Positions 6,768 to 13,211 of a stretch of 15,377 nt of DNA are shown piece by piece. A program made the translations under genes and the position numbers. Source of the DNA: Cyanobacteria bacterium P01_A01_bin.114 (GTDB lineage Bacteria; Cyanobacteriota; Cyanobacteriia; Phormidesmidales; Phormidesmidaceae); NCBI GenBank assembly GCA_039815385.1, contig JBCBZL010000088.1, positions 1 to 15,377 of the forward strand, in the 5' to 3' direction. The notes beneath the pieces were generated by a model. The model saw only the letters and a list, made by a program, of their open reading frames with translations, did no database searches and had not been told where the DNA came from. How positions within the stretch are numbered: the stretch's first letter is position 1; each line of letters starts with the position of its first letter.

Positions 6768-6871
6768 GGAGAACTTATGAAAATATGAAAACTGCTTAAT
6801 AAAGGTTAATAATTAGCGGTGAACAGATTTCGTCTTCAGATTTCGTCTTCATAAGTTCTCCAGTTTTTTTT
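6768..6871 (+). promoter_or_regulatory. 13-bp perfect inverted repeat enclosing a 13-bp x2 direct repeat and followed by a T8 tract, ~105-205 bp upstream of psbO
   Basis: GGAGAACTTATGA (6768-6780) is the exact reverse complement of TCATAAGTTCTCC (6849-6861). This is followed by AG and TTTTTTTT (6864-6871). Inside the loop are CAGATTTCGTCTT x2 (6824-6836, 6837-6849) and TATGAAAA x2 (6776-6791). The function is unknown; it could be an attenuator, an operator or a small MITE. Confidence 0.4.
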
Positions 6872-6974
6872 GGTTGAATTTGTATCGTGGGATAGCGCCT
6901 TGTAGTCGCTTTGTCAGCGTACGAACGCACAGGGGCTGCTATGCCAATAGAAGAGTCTATAAGAGAGTAAAGAG

Positions 6975-7805
6975 ATGAGATATCGCACTTTAATGATGAG
7001 TTTATTAGTCTTGTGTTTTGGAGTATTCATGGCTTGCAGTCGTGCGCCGAGCGCGCAAGCTGAAGGATTAAGCTACGACGACATTAAAGGGAGCGGACTG
7101 GCTAATAACTGCCCTGAGCTTTCGCAGAGCAGTCTAGATGCCATTGTTATAGATGCTGATCAGTCTTATCAACTGAATGGGCTGTGCTTACAGCCCGAAG
7201 CGTTTTTGGTGAGGCGAGCGCCCCTCATAAAGCGCCAGGAGAGCAAATTTGTGCGCACCAAGCCCCTCACTCGGGAGAGTTTTAGCCTCGATCAGGTTAG
7301 CGGTGCTCTACAGAGGGGGGCCGATGGAAATTTGGCGTTTGTTGAGCAAGGAGGATTTGACTTTCAGCCTGTGACGGTTCAACTGCCTGATGGCGAGCGA
7401 GTGCCCCTGCTGTTTACAGTTAAAGGATTAGTGGCTAAAAAACAAGATGATTCAAACAACTTCGGCCCCTCTACTCGCCTGGTGGGCACCTTTCAGGTAC
7501 CGCCCTACCGGACTTCTAGCTTTATTGATCCAAAGGGTCGGGGCTTAGCCGTGGGCTACGATGCGGCGGTGGGGCTGCCGAGTCAGGCAGACCGTGAAGC
7601 ATTTGCTCGTCAGAACATTAAGACGTTTGATATTGGGCAGGGACGGATTGCGCTGCAAATTAATCGGGTCAACCGCACAACCGGAGAAATTGCCGGTCTT
7701 TTTGAAAGCGAGCAGCCGTCTGATACCGACTTCGGTTCTAAAGAAGCGATGGATGTCAAAATTCGAGGGCAGTTCTACGGTCGCATTGAGCCGGCAGTCG
7801 TTTAG
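6975..7805 (+). CDS. psbO: PSII manganese-stabilising protein (PsbO) paralog with signal peptide
   Basis: 276 aa. An N-terminal hydrophobic signal (MRYRTLMMSLLVLCFGVFMAC..SAQA) precedes PsbO hallmarks: LSYDDIKGSGLANNCPE, LCLQPEAFLV, GGFDFQPVTVQLPDGERVPLLFTVKGLV, FIDPKGRGLAVGYDAAVGLP, TGEIAGLFESEQPSDTDFG and VKIRGQFYGRIEP. The conserved Cys pair is present. Confidence 0.92.
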   Translation: MRYRTLMMSLLVLCFGVFMACSRAPSAQAEGLSYDDIKGSGLANNCPELSQSSLDAIVIDADQSYQLNGLCLQPEAFLVRRAPLIKRQESKFVRTKPLTRESFSLDQVSGALQRGADGNLAFVEQGGFDFQPVTVQLPDGERVPLLFTVKGLVAKKQDDSNNFGPSTRLVGTFQVPPYRTSSFIDPKGRGLAVGYDAAVGLPSQADREAFARQNIKTFDIGQGRIALQINRVNRTTGEIAGLFESEQPSDTDFGSKEAMDVKIRGQFYGRIEPAVV

Positions 7806-7832
7806 TCGAGTTTTAATAAGAGGTTCTTTATC

Positions 7833-7967
7833 ATGACTAACTTGAATCGTGACCCAGAGATTATCTATCCTATCTTTACGATTCGGTGGCTGTCGGTGCA
7901 TGCACTGGCGATTCCGAGCGTATTTTTCTTAGGGGCGATCGCAGCGATGCAGTTTATTCAGCGCTGA
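7833..7967 (+). CDS. psbF: Cytochrome b559 beta subunit (PsbF) paralog; small ORF absent from the supplied track
   Basis: My own translation of ATG 7833 to TGA 7965-7967 gives [44 protein letters not shown] (44 aa). This matches the PsbF pattern YPIFT[VI]RWL[AS]VH..[AV][15 protein letters not shown], including the heme-ligand His. It starts 27 nt after the psbO stop. Confidence 0.88.
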   Translation: MTNLNRDPEIIYPIFTIRWLSVHALAIPSVFFLGAIAAMQFIQR

Positions 7968-8064
7968 GGCTGCACCAGGGCATAATCACGCTGAGAAGCC
8001 CGTAAATTGGATGGGGTGAAATACGCTTTCTGAATCGCAACCGCCTCTGAATCGCAATCGCCGT

Positions 8065-8098
8065 AGAAGCCGGATTTTCTAATCCGGCTTCTTTTCTT
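8065..8098 (+). terminator. Intrinsic terminator hairpin between convergent psbF and psbV
   Basis: A perfect 12-bp stem is formed by AGAAGCCGGATT (8065-8076) and AATCCGGCTTCT (8081-8092), with loop TTCT, followed by TTTCTT on the plus strand. On the minus strand the same stem lies 20 nt after the psbV stop but has no U-tract. Confidence 0.7.
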
Positions 8099-8111
8099 AT
8101 GGGCTGTCAAC

Positions 8112-8636
8112 CTAGCGGGCAGGTTTGCCGCCGGCCCACTTGTCGCCAATGATTTTAGGCTGGACCAAAATATAGCCTGCGATCGCAACTAAATCATCCT
8201 CAGTCAAATCTCGCATCTTGGGAAAGAGATCGGCTCTTGACATGGACGGGTGCAGTTCGGCAATCGAGGAAACCCCATCGTAGGTGGTGGGGTTCTCAAA
8301 ATAATCAACCAGGCTTTCAATATTGTCACGGGGTGGGGTTGCTAACGCCAACGCTTGAGGCCCTAGATCGACATCAGGATTAGGTTTGCTCACCCCATCT
8401 AAGTGACACTGGGCACAGCTGCCATTAAACTTGCGCTGACCCACAACGAGTTGTTCCAGGCTCAGCGTGAGGGTTTCCCCTGACGCGTTGAGCGGAACCG
8501 TGCGGGTAGCCTCGTCAATTTCAACGGCGAGCGCCCTATTAGCCCCGATCACCGCCCATAGAACAGATGAAAGGGATATCACCAGCACAGCGTATATAGC
8601 AAACTTGATTAAGTTTTTTTTGAAATAGGCAATCAT
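8112..8636 (-). CDS. psbV: Cytochrome c550 (PsbV) paralog with signal peptide
   Basis: 174 aa. A signal peptide ends ..ANRALA. PsbV hallmarks follow: TVPLNASGETLTLS, heme motif CAQCH, LALATPPRDNIESLVDYFENPTTYDG, ELHPS (distal His), DLFPKMRDLTEDDLVAIAGYILVQPKIIGDKWAGGK. AGGAG Shine-Dalgarno upstream. Confidence 0.9.
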   Translation of the reverse strand: MIAYFKKNLIKFAIYAVLVISLSSVLWAVIGANRALAVEIDEATRTVPLNASGETLTLSLEQLVVGQRKFNGSCAQCHLDGVSKPNPDVDLGPQALALATPPRDNIESLVDYFENPTTYDGVSSIAELHPSMSRADLFPKMRDLTEDDLVAIAGYILVQPKIIGDKWAGGKPAR

Positions 8637-8737
8637 TTCGACATATCTCCTGAAAACGGTTTTGCCAAGTAAATAGCCATAACTAAGGGATCTGTGGGAT
8701 TTGCAACAAATAACATCTCGCTTCTAAATCGGGGGTT

Positions 8738-8840
8738 GGGTAGTGGGTAGTGGGTAGTGGGTAGTGAGTTGTTTGTTACTTGTTACTCGTTATTTGTAAT
8801 TGAAGTCACCAATCACCAATCACCAATCACCTACTCACAC
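8738..8840. repeat. STRR-like short tandem repeat block (GGGTAGTG x4, TGTTACT-like x3, CACCAAT x3, CACCTACTCAC)
   Basis: The sequence reads GGGTAGTGGGTAGTGGGTAGTGGGTAGTGAGTTGTTTGTTACTTGTTACTCGTTATTTGTAATTGAAGTCACCAATCACCAATCACCAATCACCTACTCACAC. It lies 100-200 bp upstream of the psbV start. Confidence 0.85.
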
Positions 8841-8972
8841 ACTCTGTCAGCTTTGACGAGCAGTTTATTTTTACGCCGATCCCTAAACTAAAGAAGATGA
8901 CATCTTCTTAAAAGATCTCCTTGAGGCAAACAAGTAGGTAAGCAAAATTATTTTCAGTACCACTTTCTGGTT

Positions 8973-9051
8973 GAGATCCCCCCAGCCCCCCTTAGCTCTA
9001 GCGAAGCGGCGGGCAAAGCCCGCGGGGGTGGCGCAGCCGGGGGGATCCCTC
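8973..9051. repeat. Inverted-repeat element related to the one at 136-259, in opposite orientation
   Basis: GATCCCCCC (8975-8983) pairs with GGGGGGATC (9039-9047), with an inner hairpin GCGGGC-aaa-GCCCGC (9009-9023). The reverse complement of 8973-8993 (AAGGGGGGCTGGGGGGATCTC) differs at one base from 166-186 (AAGGGGGGTTGGGGGGATCTC). Confidence 0.7.
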
Positions 9052-9347
9052 GGAAACGTGAAACAGTGAGTAATTTACTGACGCGGTACTTATTCTCCTC
9101 AAAGCGGAGTCAAGTTAGAGCTATATATCTAATAGCTTGAAAGTATCATACTCTTCTGGCCCTCAATGAATCAGATACCCTTTTTTGAAATAAGAAAGAA
9201 CAAAATTAGCATTCCCTTGTAACTTTTTCTAACACTGATCTTGGCCTTCATTAGTTCTCCATATTTCTCTTTTATTCTTGGCTTCACTGGCTGACAGACA
9301 GGTCGTACAGATCTAGTTGCGATCGTCAGAATAATTCGACTACAAAA

Positions 9348-9379
9348 CTATTCTCAGCTACTGTCTATTCTCAGCTACT
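9348..9379 (+). repeat. Exact 15-bp direct repeat CTATTCTCAGCTACT x2 (17-bp period) ~145-175 bp upstream of chlF
   Basis: Copies lie at 9348-9362 and 9365-9379, separated by GT, in an AT-rich region with no ORF. This is a candidate transcription-factor site, but only the repeat itself is observed. Confidence 0.8.
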
Positions 9380-9522
9380 AACATCTGTTGAGACTCAGCA
9401 GTCTCTGATCTATTTTCTGACCCGTATCTGGCTACCGCAGACAGCCTTTTATTGTGCTAAGCAGTTATTTTTGTGAACAACTTCAGTGACTTCAAAAAAT
9501 CAGTTAATACAGGAGCTTTAAG

Positions 9523-10764
9523 ATGACACAGTTTGGTAGAACGATCGCTTTTAATCGTCCTGACCAACTCCCTGGCCAACTCAAAGCGCCGGATAGCGTG
9601 TCTGACATCGAAAGCCTGTCCAGTGGTGTGAGCCCTCCAGATAGAGCCGCGATTCCAGAGCCCATTTCTCTTTGGGAACGCTTTTGTCGTTGGGTGACGA
9701 GTACTGAAAATCGGATCTACATTGGCTGGTTTGGGATGATTATGTTTCCCACCCTGTCTACGGCTGCCATTGTCTTTGTGCTGGCGTTTATAGCTGCGCC
9801 CGCAGTTGATATGGAGGGGACTGGGAGAGTCCTTTCGGGGGCTCTATTTGATGGAAATAACCTGATTACAGCCGCTGTTGTGCCGACTTCAGCTGCGATT
9901 GGGCTGCATTTTTACCCCATTTGGGAAGCTGCCTCTTTAGAGGAATGGCTCGTCAACGGGGGGCCGTATCAGCTAATTGTGCTGCATTTCATTATTGGCA
10001 TCATCAGCTATCAAGACCGAGAGTGGGAATTAAGCTATCGCTTAGGCATGCGCCCCTGGATTTCGCTGGCGTTTACAGCACCGGTTGCAGCGGCTGTCTC
10101 AGTGTTATTAATTTATCCGATTGGTCAGGGCAGCTTTTCGTCGGGCATGCCCTTGGGTATTTCGGGTACCTTTACCTTCATGCTGCAGTTTCAAGCCGAT
10201 CACAACATTCTGGCCAACCCGTTTCATCAGCTAGGGGTCATCGGTGTCTTTGGCGGTGCTTTGCTGTGTGCAGTCCACGGCTCATTAGTGACATCAGCCC
10301 TGATTCGACAAACTGACCACGGGTCTGATCGCGAATCTACGTTACCAGCGCGAGCTGAGTTGAAGAGAGCCCAAACAAAAATCCAGAGAAAAGCCCAGAA
10401 AACTTATAGCTTTGAGCATATCCAGGGCTACCAGCAGAAGCTGTTCTGGCGTGGGGTGAGTTTCAAAAACTCACGGTCTGTACACTTTGTTTTAGCGGCT
10501 CTCCCTGTGGCGGGTATCTGGTCGGCAGCATTGGGGATCGACATGGCTGCTTTTGGCTTTGATCAATTTTCTGGGTCTTCCAATGGATATTTCCAGAAAA
10601 CGGTCGTGCCCACCTGGTCTGATATTGTTGTTCGGGCCGATCTGGGGCTTCAGGCGGTTGAAGACACCCGTGAACCGATGTTCCCAATTTTTCTGGGAGA
10701 GGAGTCTGAATTTGATGTCAATACAGATGTCAATACGAATATTGCCGATCTAGACATGACTTGA
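9523..10764 (+). CDS. chlF: Super-rogue D1 paralog: chlorophyll f synthase (ChlF / PsbA4)
   Basis: 413 aa with a D1 fold ([70 protein letters not shown]). It has a ~37-aa N-terminal extension, a 12-aa basic insertion in the D-E loop and a C-terminal extension. The Mn4CaO5 ligand positions are replaced: D170>S (codon 10141-10143), E189>D, H332>E, H337>P, D342>F. The D1 Y-M-G-R triplet region reads Y-Q-D-R (QD codons 10012-10017). AGGAG Shine-Dalgarno upstream. Confidence 0.88.
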   Translation: MTQFGRTIAFNRPDQLPGQLKAPDSVSDIESLSSGVSPPDRAAIPEPISLWERFCRWVTSTENRIYIGWFGMIMFPTLSTAAIVFVLAFIAAPAVDMEGTGRVLSGALFDGNNLITAAVVPTSAAIGLHFYPIWEAASLEEWLVNGGPYQLIVLHFIIGIISYQDREWELSYRLGMRPWISLAFTAPVAAAVSVLLIYPIGQGSFSSGMPLGISGTFTFMLQFQADHNILANPFHQLGVIGVFGGALLCAVHGSLVTSALIRQTDHGSDRESTLPARAELKRAQTKIQRKAQKTYSFEHIQGYQQKLFWRGVSFKNSRSVHFVLAALPVAGIWSAALGIDMAAFGFDQFSGSSNGYFQKTVVPTWSDIVVRADLGLQAVEDTREPMFPIFLGEESEFDVNTDVNTNIADLDMT

Positions 10765-10814
10765 TTCATACCTAGACGGTTCAGCAAGCTTATTTAGCGA
10801 AAAGGAGTGTTGTA

Positions 10815-13166
10815 ATGACCACAAGTCCTCCGGAGCAGAGGCAGCAGGTTAGGGTTGTCGTCGATGATAATCCGGTTCCTACATCCTTTGAGAAGTGGGC
10901 AAAGCCGGGGCATTTTGAGCGAACCCTGGCACGGGGCCCCAAAACCACCACCTGGATTTGGGATCTGCATGCCGATGCCCATGATTTTGATAGTCATACC
11001 AGTGATTTGGAAGAGATTTCTCGAAAAATCTTCTCTGCCCATTTTGGTCATTTGGCCATCGTATTTATTTGGCTGAGTGGAATGTATTTCCACGGGGCTC
11101 GCTTTTCTAACTTTTCTGCTTGGATGAGCGACCCGACTCATATCAAGCCGAGTGCTCAAGTCGTTTGGCCAATTGTTGGGCAAGACATCCTCAACGCCGA
11201 TGTGGGGGGCGGCTTCCGGGGCATCCAAATTACCTCCGGGCTGTTTCAAATGTGGCGTGGACAAGGGTTTACCCATGAGTTCCAGCTTTACTGGACGGCC
11301 ATCGGTGCGCTAGTCATGGCGGCGCTGATGCTGTTTGCCGGCTGGTTTCACTACCACGTTCGGGCTCCCAAGCTAGAGTGGTTTCTCAACTGGGAGTCGA
11401 TGATGAACCATCACCTGGCAGGTCTGCTGGGGATGGGCAGTCTGGGCTGGGCTGGGCACCTGATCCATGTGGCACTGCCTACCAATAAGCTGCTGGATGC
11501 TGGGGTCGCCTTGGAAAACATTCCCCTACCCCATGATTTCATTCTGGATAAGGGGCTGATGGCAGAGCTCTATCCTAGCTTTGCCCAGGGTGTGAAGCCG
11601 TTTTTTACGCTGAACTGGTCGGCCTATACCGATTTTCTCACCTTTAGGGGTGGGCTCAATCCGGTGACGGGGGGCCTGTGGATGACGGATATTGCGCATC
11701 ATCATGTTGCGATCGCAGTCCTATTCATCATTGCAGGGCATTTCTACCGCACCAACTGGGGCATTGGCCACACCTTTAATGAGCTGCTGGACGATGCCAG
11801 AACCCCCAAAATGCTGCCCATCTTTAACTTTATTGGGCCGGTCGGACACCGGGGTCTTGAGAAAATCTTTGAGACGTCGTGGCACGCCAATCTCTCTATC
11901 CACCTGGTTCAGTTTGGTACGGCTAGTCTGCTGGTGGCTCATCACATGTACGCGATGCCGCCCTACCCCTACTTAGCCACGGACTATGCCACCGTGACCT
12001 CGCTGTTTACCCATCACGTCTGGATTGCAGGCTTCTGCATTGTGGGCGGGGCTGCCCATGCCGCCATCTTTATGGTGAGAGACTACAACCCCGCTGATCA
12101 CGTTAACAATGTGCTCGATCGGGTGTTACGCCATCGAGACGCGATTATCTCTCACCTGGCCTGGGTCTGTCAGTTCTTAGGCTTCCACAGCTTTGCCATG
12201 TACTGTCACAACGACACCATGCGAGCCTTTGGCCGTCCCCAGGATATGTTTTCTGACACCGGGATTCAGCTCCAGCCCATTTTTGCCCAGTGGATTCAGC
12301 ACATTCACACCATGGCGGTGGGCAGCCTGCAAGCGGCAGAGCCCCTGGGCAGTGCCTTTGGCGGTCTGCGTAACATCGAGCTGTCGGGCCTGGGCACCAC
12401 GGTTCCTGGAATGGCTGAGCCGGTCAGCTACGCCTTTGGCGGCGGCGTCCTGGCGGTGGGTGGCAAAGTCGCCATGATGCCCATTCCCCTGGGCACTGCC
12501 GATTTCTTAATCCATCACATTCACGCTTTCACCATTCATGTGACGGTGCTGGTACTGCTCAAAGGGGTGCTGTTTGCCCGCAGTTCTCGCTTGATTCCTG
12601 ATAAGGGCGAGCTGGGCTTCCGATTCCCCTGCGATGGGCCGGGCCGGGGGGGCACCTGCCAAGTGTCTGCCTGGGATCACGTGTTCTTAGGGTTGTTCTG
12701 GATGTATAACTCGCTTTCGATTGTGATATTTCACTTCTTTTGGAAAATGCAATCGGACGTCTGGGGCACGGTAAGCGCCGATGGCACCATTACTCATATT
12801 ACGGGGGGCAACTTTGCCCTGTCATCGATTACCAACAACGGCTGGCTGCGCGATTTTCTCTGGGCGCAGGCTTCCCAGGTGATCAACTCCTACGGCTCGG
12901 CACTGTCTGCCTACGGAATCATGTTCCTGGCTGGGCACTTTGTCTTTGGCTTTAGCCTGATGTTTTTATTCAGCGGTCGCGGCTACTGGCAAGAGCTGAT
13001 CGAGTCGATTGTTTGGGCTCACAACAAGCTGAAAATTACCACCGCGATTCAGCCTCGAGCCTTGAGTATCACCCAAGGACGAGCCGTGGGCGTTGCCCAC
13101 TACCTGTTAGGAGGTATTGTCACCACCTGGGCCTTCTTTTTGGCCCGTATGTCCGCAGTCGGATAG
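10815..13166 (+). CDS. psaA2: Photosystem I P700 apoprotein A1, far-red paralog
   Basis: 783 aa, collinear with PsaA: [31 protein letters not shown], the FX motif [19 protein letters not shown], and the C-terminal [36 protein letters not shown]. It has many substitutions and a ~24-aa insertion relative to the standard PsaA I recall. It lies 50 nt downstream of chlF, with AAGGAG Shine-Dalgarno upstream. Confidence 0.93.
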   Translation: MTTSPPEQRQQVRVVVDDNPVPTSFEKWAKPGHFERTLARGPKTTTWIWDLHADAHDFDSHTSDLEEISRKIFSAHFGHLAIVFIWLSGMYFHGARFSNFSAWMSDPTHIKPSAQVVWPIVGQDILNADVGGGFRGIQITSGLFQMWRGQGFTHEFQLYWTAIGALVMAALMLFAGWFHYHVRAPKLEWFLNWESMMNHHLAGLLGMGSLGWAGHLIHVALPTNKLLDAGVALENIPLPHDFILDKGLMAELYPSFAQGVKPFFTLNWSAYTDFLTFRGGLNPVTGGLWMTDIAHHHVAIAVLFIIAGHFYRTNWGIGHTFNELLDDARTPKMLPIFNFIGPVGHRGLEKIFETSWHANLSIHLVQFGTASLLVAHHMYAMPPYPYLATDYATVTSLFTHHVWIAGFCIVGGAAHAAIFMVRDYNPADHVNNVLDRVLRHRDAIISHLAWVCQFLGFHSFAMYCHNDTMRAFGRPQDMFSDTGIQLQPIFAQWIQHIHTMAVGSLQAAEPLGSAFGGLRNIELSGLGTTVPGMAEPVSYAFGGGVLAVGGKVAMMPIPLGTADFLIHHIHAFTIHVTVLVLLKGVLFARSSRLIPDKGELGFRFPCDGPGRGGTCQVSAWDHVFLGLFWMYNSLSIVIFHFFWKMQSDVWGTVSADGTITHITGGNFALSSITNNGWLRDFLWAQASQVINSYGSALSAYGIMFLAGHFVFGFSLMFLFSGRGYWQELIESIVWAHNKLKITTAIQPRALSITQGRAVGVAHYLLGGIVTTWAFFLARMSAVG

Positions 13167-13211
13167 TGCCCAACCTTCTTCAATTGATCATTGAAAACTC
13201 AATTTAGAACC

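Noticed and set aside
6663-6788. 41-codon ORF (MLATSMLSVCRSLNARQASGRLFLLRFARRISKENGELMKI) in the apcD5/psbO intergenic region
   Set aside because: It has no Shine-Dalgarno and no resemblance to any small photosystem subunit. It is basic and low-complexity, and it runs into the inverted-repeat structure. It is probably non-coding.
7545-8188. ORFs 7545-7901 (minus), 7561-7836 (plus) and 7958-8188 (minus)
   Set aside because: The first two overlap the 3' end of psbO (7545-7901 also runs into psbF). The third spans the psbF stop, the terminator hairpin and the psbV 3' end. None shows family resemblance.
8637-9522. Search for a hidden small photosystem gene (psbE, psbH2, psaI2/J2-like) in the 886-bp psbV/chlF spacer
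   Set aside because: Reading both strands gave only very short, stop-interrupted ORFs (e.g. an 18-aa and a 26-aa peptide). None has a hydrophobic transmembrane stretch or a recognisable motif.
9523-10764. Annotating the 413-aa D1 homolog as an ordinary psbA (or as the far-red PSII subunit psbA3)
   Set aside because: It lacks the D170, H332, H337 and D342-type Mn ligands, has Y-Q-D instead of Y-M-G, and has large extensions. A functional water-oxidising D1, including far-red PsbA3, keeps those ligands.
9921-11276. ORFs 9921-10316, 10463-10687, 10553-10753, 10794-11276 and 10855-11076 overlapping chlF and psaA2
   Set aside because: These are shadow ORFs in alternative frames of strongly supported D1-family and PsaA genes.
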